From a virus (lineage: Duplodnaviria > Heunggongvirae > Uroviricota > Caudoviricetes), in IMG/VR virus record IMGVR_UViG_3300045996_004585, positions 65,334-81,563 of that record: 16,230 nucleotides of DNA; one strand, written 5' to 3'. Shown in pieces: positions 1-6,972 of the stretch (position 1 is its first letter; the number at the start of each line of letters is the position of its first letter). The notes below the pieces were generated by a model. That model was not told where the DNA came from, searched no databases, and was given only the letters and a program-made list of their open reading frames with translations. Position numbers and translations under genes: made by a program.

Positions 1-1
1 C

Positions 2-337
2 AGGCGTGTTCTCTGTCATCCAGCGGTCTTCCGTCTCTTTTAGCACGGCACCTACAGCCAAGTCGAGCTTGCTCCCGGACGCGGCTGCCTGCTGAATCGC
101 GTGGAACTTCGGTGCAGGAAACTGCTTCAGCAGATTCACGAGAACCGTCTGATTCAGCGCGGACAGAATGTCGCCGTAGCGCTCTGCCAACTCTTTGCCG
201 CCAACACCCTGAGTAAGTGTCTGGGCAACCTTGTCATGTACTATGGACTTCGGGTTCGCCTTAAGAAAGGCTACCACATCCTGTGCATCCTTGGATAGAT
301 CGGCCTGAGTGTACGTGAAGTCTTCTGCCTTGTTCAA
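2..337 (-). CDS. Hypothetical protein, partial (runs off the left edge; not in the supplied ORF track)
   Basis: Hand translation from TTG at 337: MNKAEDFTYTQADLSKDAQDVVAFLKANPKSIVHDKVAQTLTQGVGGKELAERYGDILSALNQTVLVNLLKQFPAPKFHAIQQAASGSKLDLAVGAVLKETEDRWMTENTP..., 112 codons with no stop. RBS GAAAGGA (343-349) lies 5 nt upstream, and a consensus promoter lies at 364-392. Confidence 0.85.
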   Translation of the reverse strand, partial: MNKAEDFTYTQADLSKDAQDVVAFLKANPKSIVHDKVAQTLTQGVGGKELAERYGDILSALNQTVLVNLLKQFPAPKFHAIQQAAASGSKLDLAVGAVLKETEDRWMTENTP

Positions 338-363
338 AATGATCCTTTCGTTGCTGTCTTCTA

Positions 364-392
364 AGTATAACAGAAAGTCCCCGCGCTGTCAA
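364..392 (-). promoter_or_regulatory. sigma70/SigA-type promoter with extended -10
   Basis: Minus strand reads TTGACA (392-387), 17-nt spacer, TATACT (369-364), with TG-n immediately before the -10. It is followed by a short leader, RBS and TTG start at 337. Confidence 0.85.
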
Positions 393-405
393 GCAGCGGG
401 GACTT
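375..405 (-). terminator. Stem-loop (possible intrinsic terminator) overlapping the promoter and the stop codon of 389..592
   Basis: Plus strand AAGTCCCC[GC]GCTG-TCAAG-CAGCGGGGACTT: 12-bp stem with a 2-nt bulge. On the minus strand it is followed by TCTGTTATACTT (imperfect U-tract). Confidence 0.5.
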
Positions 406-592
406 CCTCGACGTAGCGGAGCGAGTAGACCTTGCCCTGTGGATCGCCCAGGTCTGCGAGAAGCTGAAGGCCAGCATTGGTGATGTCCACGGCATCGACA
501 AGATGGCTCACATCCTCACGAGTGACGACCTTGCCGAAGAAGCCATAGCTCTCGTGGGTGTCAACGGCCTCGATAAAAGCGATGTGACTCAA
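389..592 (-). CDS. Small hypothetical protein (67 aa, MSHIAFIEAVDTHESYGFFGKVV...EEVPAA)
   Basis: Start revised from the track's 811 to TTG at 592. RBS GAAAGGGGA is 5 nt upstream, there is a promoter at 621-649, and the longer version would overlap ORF 636..839. Confidence 0.8.
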   Translation of the reverse strand: MSHIAFIEAVDTHESYGFFGKVVTREDVSHLVDAVDITNAGLQLLADLGDPQGKVYSLRYVEEVPAA

Positions 593-620
593 AGTGATCC
601 CCTTTCGTCGGTGTATACAT

Positions 621-649
621 AGTATATCACAACTACTAGAAGAGTGCAA
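621..649 (-). promoter_or_regulatory. sigma70/SigA-type promoter with extended -10
   Basis: Minus strand TTGCAC (649-644), 17-nt spacer, TATACT (626-621), preceded by TG-A. Confidence 0.8.
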
Positions 650-839
650 GTTGTTCGTATACCTCGATGTCCTGGTCGGTGACCCAAACGCGGGTGCCGT
701 CTTCCTTCTCAACGATGTAAATTCCATTGAGGTTGTGCTGTCGGGTGACGAGCGTCTTCTCAATCGTGCCCATCTCATTCTTGCGCCAGTCACCAAAACG
801 TGAGTTTGCAAGGAAACGAACGTGATTACCGTTGATCAT
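636..839 (-). CDS. Small hypothetical protein (67 aa), possibly SH3-like beta barrel
   Basis: The pattern VRF...G.I.K......YIVEKEDGTRVWV...IE is typical of small SH3-like phage proteins. The start overlaps the end of 826..1008 by 14 nt. Confidence 0.7.
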   Translation of the reverse strand: MINGNHVRFLANSRFGDWRKNEMGTIEKTLVTRQHNLNGIYIVEKEDGTRVWVTDQDIEVYEQLALF

Positions 840-1008
840 GATCTAAAATCTCCTGCGCCACTGCGATCATCAGCGCCTTGTTGTTGGCGGGGACACTCTC
901 CCAAGGAACAGCAGACTCTCTGCGCGTTTCATAACCGAAGTCAGGTGCCAGTCGTTCATAAGTCTCGTGGAACAATCTGGCTAGTTGTTCAGCTTCCATC
1001 GCCCTCAT
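826..1008 (-). CDS. Small hypothetical phage protein (60 aa; start may be ATG at 999)
   Basis: AEQLARLFHETYERLAP.FGYETR..SAVPW..VP..NK.LMIAVA resembles, from memory, a recurring actinophage hypothetical family. It lies downstream of the promoter at 1055-1083. Confidence 0.75.
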   Translation of the reverse strand: MRAMEAEQLARLFHETYERLAPDFGYETRRESAVPWESVPANNKALMIAVAQEILDHDQR

Positions 1009-1029
1009 TTCGGGTTAAATGCTCGCCCT

Positions 1030-1040
1030 TAATAGACGAG
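1030..1040 (+). promoter_or_regulatory. Candidate late-promoter motif TAATAG-N-YGAG (copy 1, TAATAGACGAG)
   Basis: One of four intergenic copies; lies 80 nt upstream of the 1121 start. Confidence 0.55.
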
Positions 1041-1054
1041 CAGGGTTTGTACAC

Positions 1055-1083
1055 AACCTATCACATCGCGCCCCGTGTGTCAA
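1055..1083 (-). promoter_or_regulatory. sigma70/SigA-type promoter with extended -10
   Basis: Minus strand TTGACA (1083-1078), 17-nt spacer, TAGGTT (1060-1055; fits TANNNT), preceded by TG-A. Confidence 0.75.
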
Positions 1084-1120
1084 CACTAGAAGGCGGCATG
1101 TAACAAGCGAGGAATTATTG

Positions 1121-4100
1121 ATGTTCGCCTACAACGTATCCAACGCCAAAGTCGCCGCTGCCGGTGAACTTCTGTGGCTTGTCACACTTGACGACGAGGT
1201 TCTAGTCCAGACTCCGGGAACCCGCACGCCCAATCATGCAGCCCTAGCTAAACAGTTGAAGGGCGCAGAATGGGCGAAAGCCAAGATCATGGCGGGCGAG
1301 CCACTAGGTTTTGGTGGCACTATCGCAGACGGCAAGATCACTTACTCTGGCCTCATGGGTAGCGAGGGCAGTGTGCCCAAGGCGTATGATCCGCACGGCT
1401 CTATAGTCGGCGGCAATCGAGTACGAGAGGCTGTCGAGAAGGTTTACATCCAGGCAGAGCAGATGGGCATCCCGGTTGACCCGAGCTACTCACTCAACGC
1501 TGTTGTCCCCGGCCAAGGTCTTGTTCCTCATGAGCGCGGCCTGATTGGCAAGATCGCCACAAGCGGTTCGTTCTACAACGAAGTCTTGGGCAAAGACGTT
1601 GACTTTTTAGATGATGGCATCCTAGAAGATTTCAGGCATAGCACTCAAGCTTGGTCTGTGTACGACAAGGATACGGGAGACTACTACGAGATTCGTGAAG
1701 ATGGCACTGTCTATGATGCCGAGACAGGTGAGCATGTAGGATCATTCGATGCCTTCGTAGACCCAACATCTCGTGAGCCAGACGATGACCGTGACCTTGA
1801 TTGGTACCCAGACTGGCACGGCGCTAAGAAAGAGGCAATTTCATGGGATTTCCGCGCACCCAAAGTGCCCGCAGACGAAGAGATGCTCAGAGCGTTTGCG
1901 GCTGACGTACAAGGACTGTTGGGTGAAGCCGATTCTGGATTTGTCTACCAGCGAGTTTTGGAGATTACTAAGGGTGACATCCCATGGAACACTACACCGT
2001 GGCACTGGAACCGAGCAGTCAAGCGCGTTGCAGAGCAGGTTGGTTCATTCGATCAGCCTCGCGGCCCGCGTGTAGATGATGGCCCTGCGGGCGACATGCC
2101 GTTCGGATCGCCCTCGTCACCACGTCGCATGACCAACATGCAGAAGGGCGCTCCATATCCGGGGCATCACGACGAGGATAAGAGTCACGACAAGGAACAC
2201 ATCAAGGGCGCACCTGAGAAGGTGAATGAAATCTATCACGCTTGCATGCGTGACGGCGAAGGCGATAAGGAAAAGTGCGCCAAGATCGCATGGAGTACAT
2301 ACAAGAAGATGAAGAAAAAGAAGAGCGAGGTCGAGAAGACAGCGGGCACCTTTGAGTATCTAGCTGCACCTATGGGCATTCACGGGCGCACTGGTGAGGT
2401 CATGGGCGCACTTGGGCTGAGCGCCACTGTTACGCTTCCGCCAAATGGCGACTATCCTGAAGGACTGGTTGCCCAGATTCCTGGACAAGCCATGGATATT
2501 GCATGGTGGGGACTTGACTACGAAGACTGGGAGGCAGAAGGAGTCGTTGTTCAGGTTGAAACTGACGCAGACCCTACTGTTGTTACAGCTATCTTCGACG
2601 CACTAGGTGGTCGAGCGCCCGCAAACTTTGAGAGCCTTGATCCTCAAGTTCAGCAAGCCATTAGCGCTATGGTGGATGTAGGTGCTTTCCAGCCTCAAGC
2701 GTCCTTGCGCTTTGGTAATGACGCAGTAGTCTGCCCCAAGTGTGGTTCACACACCCTTCGAGCTTACGATCAAGGTGCGAACAACATCAAGTGCCTGACG
2801 TGCGGCAACGAGTTCCATCGAGAGCTACTCAAGAATCCTGAAGCCAAGGCTGGCAAGTGGACGGTCGAGGGCATGGGCGGACGCGCACAAGGGCCGAATG
2901 CCCGAGACATAATGCGCAGCGAGATTATCCGAGAGCTTGGGCTTCAACGCATCTCACTTGAGCAAAACGACATGATCAACGCCGCGATTCAACGAGCATC
3001 TATTGAGGTCAACAAGGGCAGCACTGCCCTTCCACATCGTGCCCTACAGTCCGTTACGTGGGGCGCAATCAAGGATTTGGCTGTCAGCTATATGGGCGGC
3101 ACCGGCCTTGAAGCAGGTGATGAAGACGTACTTAACATGTGGCCCGACACTCTTCCGTGGGATGAGGCCGAACAGGACTACTACCGCAACGCTCGTACAG
3201 CCGCAGGCTATGGATTTGATGGCGGCGCTGCTGAGGACTTCACGGAGTTTGAGGATGGCGGCATGGATGAGCAAGAGGAAATCCGTCACATTCAGAAGAT
3301 GGTCAATGACGGCATGTGGGGCATGCAGGGTTCCTATGGTCGCGAGATGATGCGAGCTATTGAGAATGGGCTTGTCGCACTTGGCCCTGATCCTGCTCAA
3401 GATTACTACGGCAACCGCATCCCATCTCGCTTTGAGGTACAGCCCGGAACGAAAGGTTCTGTCGAGTTCGTTAACGAGAATTCACCCTACGGCGTGCTTG
3501 ACCCTGAGAGCGTTGACGAGCCAGGCAGCACCACGCTGGATGATCTGGGCGTGCCACCTGAGGGAGAAGATTACTACAGAGGCGCGAAGGTCGCTGCCGA
3601 AGGCAAGTACAATGCGGGCCAGCGTGTTCAAATCGAGCATCAGTCCCATAAGGGGCAAAGAGGAACCATTGTGGAATACAGCGGAAAGCACGAAGACTTT
3701 GACGAAGAACAGTATAAAATCCTGCTGGACAGCGGGGAAGAGTTAGAGAACGTAAATGAATCGTTCTTCAAGAAGATTAAGTCAGCCAAGAATATGAGAA
3801 ACGAAAACCTGCCAGATTCAACTCAAGAGTACTCGTTAGATACGATGCATATCGCTGCACCGGGATACCCGCTAATGCCGGGTGAAACTCCGCAGATGGA
3901 AGACGAGATGTTGCTTCGGGGTTCTGACCCTTACGCTGGTCGAAGCGCACCTGGGGATTTCGAAGACGAGATGGACATCGCCAACTGCCCCGCCTGTGAT
4001 GGGCCGGGGATGCTGTTGGGCGAAATGGCTGGCCGCGTTCACTATCGCTGCCGTAACTGTGGCCTAGACTTCTCTCACAAGGAAGAGCCTGAAGTTCCAG

Positions 4101-4753
4101 CAGAGGTTCTGCCGCCTGAGCCACCGCCTGCCCCTGTAGCACCTGAGCCACAAGGCCCGCCTGCACCGGGCATGCCTGGGCAGTTCATGGGGCACACAGC
4201 CAAGTGGCAAGATTCTAATGGTCAGCCCCTCTCAGCAGGCGCTTGGTACCGAATGCACCACAAGGGCTACAAGGTGCCCGATGTAGTGAGAATCTTGAAC
4301 CTAGAGGACAACAGAATCGAGGCAGCTATCGACACTGATGTTAAGGGTGCATTCCCGATCATCATCAGCGAGAACCACGAGTACAGCTTTGAGCCAATCA
4401 CCAAGGAAGCAGAATGGCTATCTGATTTGTGGCTAGATGATGACGGTGAGTTTGAGACACCCTTCAACGTGCCGACCGAGATTCCCGAGTGGGAGGGCGA
4501 ACCAACAGAGTTCATCCCCACAGTGGGTATCGCACCTGATGTAATTCCCTTCAGCGAGGAAGAGCAAGAGTACTACCGCAGCGCCTCCAATTGGCGCATC
4601 GCGCGCAGGAAGTTCTCGCCCGCTGAGCAGCGAGCCTTGATCGAAGAAAACGTAGACGGGCGCGCTCGCAATATGGACAAGCTAGACTTAACTGGAACCC
4701 ACTACGAACTAAAGGAAGCAGACCTTGATCCTGACTTCCTGTGGGGTATGTAA
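1121..4753 (+). CDS. Large multi-module protein (1210 aa), probably virion/head-associated. Contains a ChaB-like helix pair, two CxxC..CxxC zinc ribbons, a KOW/SH3-like module and a Pro-rich linker.
   Basis: Start revised to ATG 1121 (RBS GAGGA at 1109-1113). Modules read from the translation: ChaB-like 2207-2324, CPKC..CLTC 2732-2803, GQRVQIEHQSHKGQRGTIVE KOW-like 3602-3778, CPAC..CRNC 3986-4060. It heads the + strand structural operon. Confidence 0.85.
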   Translation: MFAYNVSNAKVAAAGELLWLVTLDDEVLVQTPGTRTPNHAALAKQLKGAEWAKAKIMAGEPLGFGGTIADGKITYSGLMGSEGSVPKAYDPHGSIVGGNRVREAVEKVYIQAEQMGIPVDPSYSLNAVVPGQGLVPHERGLIGKIATSGSFYNEVLGKDVDFLDDGILEDFRHSTQAWSVYDKDTGDYYEIREDGTVYDAETGEHVGSFDAFVDPTSREPDDDRDLDWYPDWHGAKKEAISWDFRAPKVPADEEMLRAFAADVQGLLGEADSGFVYQRVLEITKGDIPWNTTPWHWNRAVKRVAEQVGSFDQPRGPRVDDGPAGDMPFGSPSSPRRMTNMQKGAPYPGHHDEDKSHDKEHIKGAPEKVNEIYHACMRDGEGDKEKCAKIAWSTYKKMKKKKSEVEKTAGTFEYLAAPMGIHGRTGEVMGALGLSATVTLPPNGDYPEGLVAQIPGQAMDIAWWGLDYEDWEAEGVVVQVETDADPTVVTAIFDALGGRAPANFESLDPQVQQAISAMVDVGAFQPQASLRFGNDAVVCPKCGSHTLRAYDQGANNIKCLTCGNEFHRELLKNPEAKAGKWTVEGMGGRAQGPNARDIMRSEIIRELGLQRISLEQNDMINAAIQRASIEVNKGSTALPHRALQSVTWGAIKDLAVSYMGGTGLEAGDEDVLNMWPDTLPWDEAEQDYYRNARTAAGYGFDGGAAEDFTEFEDGGMDEQEEIRHIQKMVNDGMWGMQGSYGREMMRAIENGLVALGPDPAQDYYGNRIPSRFEVQPGTKGSVEFVNENSPYGVLDPESVDEPGSTTLDDLGVPPEGEDYYRGAKVAAEGKYNAGQRVQIEHQSHKGQRGTIVEYSGKHEDFDEEQYKILLDSGEELENVNESFFKKIKSAKNMRNENLPDSTQEYSLDTMHIAAPGYPLMPGETPQMEDEMLLRGSDPYAGRSAPGDFEDEMDIANCPACDGPGMLLGEMAGRVHYRCRNCGLDFSHKEEPEVPAEVLPPEPPPAPVAPEPQGPPAPGMPGQFMGHTAKWQDSNGQPLSAGAWYRMHHKGYKVPDVVRILNLEDNRIEAAIDTDVKGAFPIIISENHEYSFEPITKEAEWLSDLWLDDDGEFETPFNVPTEIPEWEGEPTEFIPTVGIAPDVIPFSEEEQEYYRSASNWRIARRKFSPAEQRALIEENVDGRARNMDKLDLTGTHYELKEADLDPDFLWGM

Positions 4754-5338
4754 ATGATCGTATCACCTAACATTGGCCTAGAGATTTGGGATGGACTGGC
4801 AGATCAGTTCAACCATACCCTCTTGGCGACAAACCTAAGCGACATCGATGCCTATTTCGTCGGCTTCGATAACACAACCAAGCTCGCCAAGCGACTTCGA
4901 ACCAGCGCAACAGTGCCTGGTTCGGGCGTACAGGGCGATCTTGTCTTCTTGACGGCAGCCGTTGCTGACACGTACCCGGCGAACATCATCCTCCGGTATG
5001 ACGGTTCAGCATGGCGTCCCGTCAACCACCTTGAGATTCACGGCTCTATCCCGACATCAGGCAACTTCGCAGGACGAGTCGTAATCCTGTCTGCCGCATC
5101 CGGCAGCTTCGATGCTTGGAGCATCATCCGCTATGACGGTTCCACTTGGGGGCTAGTCGGCGGCTGGTCAGCTATCAACACAGGCGGTGGCGCACTCAAC
5201 ATCCAAGGTCTAGTGCAGACCAAGGATGCATTCATCAACGACGCTAACAGAGGTTTCGTCTTGAAAGACCGAGTTACAGGGCTGAACTACAGGCTCTTCT
5301 TCACAAATGGCAACCTCTCTTATGAGGCGGTGACCTAA
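4754..5338 (+). CDS. Putative fibre/minor structural protein (194 aa) with two ~45-aa tandem repeats
   Basis: N-terminus SPNIGLEIWD...N...ID and C-terminus LKDRVTGLNYRLFFTNGNL resemble phage fibre termini. Repeated IxRYDGSxW motif. Its ATG directly abuts the upstream stop (TAAATG). Confidence 0.6.
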   Translation: MIVSPNIGLEIWDGLADQFNHTLLATNLSDIDAYFVGFDNTTKLAKRLRTSATVPGSGVQGDLVFLTAAVADTYPANIILRYDGSAWRPVNHLEIHGSIPTSGNFAGRVVILSAASGSFDAWSIIRYDGSTWGLVGGWSAINTGGGALNIQGLVQTKDAFINDANRGFVLKDRVTGLNYRLFFTNGNLSYEAVT

Positions 5339-5817
5339 TGGCTTACGTAGGCGATCCTCCGGGAACACTAAAGGCGTATGCAGGTGGATCAGCACCTGCT
5401 GGCTACCTCATGTGCGACGGCTCAGCCGTCAGCCGCTCAACGTACTCTGTGCTTTGGAACACCATTGGCACAGCTTACGGTTCGGGTGATGGTTCAACGA
5501 CCTTCAATCTTCCAGATTTGAGAGGCCGTGTGCCAGTGGGCGTTGGCTCACATACAGACGTTGACTCATTGGGCAAGAATGACGGCTCATCATTGGCTGA
5601 TCGTCGTGTCAAGCACAAGCACACGTCCACACACAACCTAACCGCTCCTTACCCACAATCCACAAACAGAAGTGGTGGCGAAGAGCCGACAGGTAGCTTG
5701 TGGCAGGGCACAGGAAGTAGTACAGGGGTTAACGGTAGTGTCAGTGTTGGCCCGCAGACAAATGTGCCCACAGATGGCCCTGCATTCGTAACTTTCAACT
5801 ACATCATTAAGACGTAG
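5338..5817 (+). CDS. Phage tail-collar domain protein (tail-fibre/microcystin-dependent-protein-like)
   Basis: PPGTLKAYAGGSAPAGYLMCDGSAVSRSTYSVLWNTIGTAYGSGDGSTTFNLPDLRGRVPVG is the classic Collar (PF07484) signature, with the typical C-terminal P...FNYIIK. TAATG overlap with the upstream gene. Confidence 0.92.
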   Translation: MAYVGDPPGTLKAYAGGSAPAGYLMCDGSAVSRSTYSVLWNTIGTAYGSGDGSTTFNLPDLRGRVPVGVGSHTDVDSLGKNDGSSLADRRVKHKHTSTHNLTAPYPQSTNRSGGEEPTGSLWQGTGSSTGVNGSVSVGPQTNVPTDGPAFVTFNYIIKT

Positions 5818-5870
5818 TTTCACAACAAATACAGCAAGACCTAACGAAGAATTGGTAGGAGAGTATACAC

Positions 5871-6701
5871 ATGATTGAGATTCTAACAGCATCAAAGGAA
5901 CACAGTGAGGATGCAGTTCGCGCTGGTCTTGCCGAGTCACGTCCTGGTTTCAGGATTGAAGCACTTGAGCTAGTAGGCGACGAGTGGAACATCCGCATTT
6001 CCGATGAGGGTGGCTTCCCCTTCAAGAAGAAGGACGAGGATTCCGACTCATCTGAGAAGTCAGAGAAGCCGAAAGATTCCGAAAAGGATGACGATGACAG
6101 CGACGATGACGACAAGAAGGATTCTGATTCCGAGGATAAGGGCGAGAAGAAGGATGACAACTCATCCGTAGAGAAGCTTCGCAGCCTAGTCGAAGAGCTA
6201 CAACAGAAGGTTGAAGAGGTAGTCAACAACGCAGCCGAGGTAGCCGAGGACGCAGATGGCAAGCAGCAGAAGATGGAGGAAATCCACGATTCTGTCAAGG
6301 AGCATGTCAAGGGTGAAGGCGATGGCGAAGGCGAGTTGCCCAAGGGTGACGAGCTAGCTCCGCTACCTGAGGATGGCGTTGGCCTTGAGGACATCGGCCC
6401 GACTCCTGGCGCACCCGCACCGGGTGGCCCGCCTAAGGGTGGCCCGAAGCCTCCGATGCCGCCTGCTGGCCCTGGCGCAAAGCGCCGACCACCGATGGGC
6501 GCACCGGGCGTTTCCACCTTTGGTCGAGCAGTCGTTGCTAATCATCCTGGCGTAGACGAGAAGGGCGAGAAGATCGAGCTTCTTGCTGCTGCATTGCAGA
6601 TCGCTGATGACCCGGAATTCGCAGAGCTTGAACTAGTCGGCATGGTCAAGAACCGTGACGGCAGCTTCTCTGCAAAGTTGCAACCTAGAAACGCAAGCTA
6701 A
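5871..6701 (+). CDS. Acidic, Pro/Gly-rich hypothetical protein (276 aa), likely head-assembly/internal protein
   Basis: RBS AGGAG at 5857-5861. D/E/K/S low-complexity tract, a coiled-coil-like segment (SVEKLRSLVEELQQKVEEVVNN) and a PGGPPKGGPKPPMPP tract. Lies just upstream of the protease-scaffold gene. Confidence 0.8.
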   Translation: MIEILTASKEHSEDAVRAGLAESRPGFRIEALELVGDEWNIRISDEGGFPFKKKDEDSDSSEKSEKPKDSEKDDDDSDDDDKKDSDSEDKGEKKDDNSSVEKLRSLVEELQQKVEEVVNNAAEVAEDADGKQQKMEEIHDSVKEHVKGEGDGEGELPKGDELAPLPEDGVGLEDIGPTPGAPAPGGPPKGGPKPPMPPAGPGAKRRPPMGAPGVSTFGRAVVANHPGVDEKGEKIELLAAALQIADDPEFAELELVGMVKNRDGSFSAKLQPRNAS

Positions 6702-6710
6702 GGAAGCGTC

Positions 6711-6971
6711 ATGGAAGAAGAAAGGCTCTCGTCAAGAGAGGTCGCCGTGCGAGAATTCAATTCGCTACGTGGGCGACTATGTACGGTAATCGAATCAGCG
6801 GGCCTGCCAAAGGTGCAGGAACGCGCGCTGGTAACTCTGATCAAGAATCTAAGCTATCAGCATCAAAAAGTTATTGCGGAACTGCTTGAGCGCCACGAAG
6901 ATGTGATTGAGCAATTGGGTGGCGAAAACCTAGAGTTCCAATACAACGTGAATAAGTTAGTGGAGAAGTAG
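6711..6971 (+). CDS. Small helical hypothetical protein (86 aa)
   Basis: Fills the gap between 6701 and 6973 in operon orientation. AAGGAAG RBS-like sequence upstream; amphipathic helical pattern. Confidence 0.75.
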   Translation: MEEERLSSREVAVREFNSLRGRLCTVIESAGLPKVQERALVTLIKNLSYQHQKVIAELLERHEDVIEQLGGENLEFQYNVNKLVEK

Positions 6972-6972
6972 A

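Noticed and set aside
101-298. Plus-strand 65-aa ORF
   Set aside because: Antisense to the promoter- and RBS-supported minus-strand gene starting at 337; no RBS of its own.
593-811. N-terminal extension of ORF 389..811, and + ORF 594..803
   Set aside because: Both overlap the better-supported gene 636..839. The promoter and RBS point to TTG 592 as the real start.
822-1103. Plus-strand 93-aa ORF, or a possible 18-aa leader peptide from TTG 1047 (MYTTYHIAPRVSTLEGGM)
   Set aside because: Mostly antisense to 826..1008 and overlapping promoter elements. The short version has no properly spaced RBS and cannot be supported without ribosome profiling.
1019-1120. Upstream extension of the large ORF as given in the track
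   Set aside because: Crosses promoter elements; the RBS supports ATG 1121. Track starts at 9327, 9891 and 11968 were likewise moved to 9348, 9900 and 12010.
2305-2325. A-rich Lys run as a possible frameshift site
   Set aside because: AAG AAA AAG AAG does not form an X-XXY-YYZ slippery heptamer, and the frame stays open.
5807-6517. 236-aa minus-strand ORF
   Set aside because: Shadow of the low-complexity acidic/Pro-rich gene 5871..6701; Ser/Pro-rich mirror composition and no RBS or promoter.
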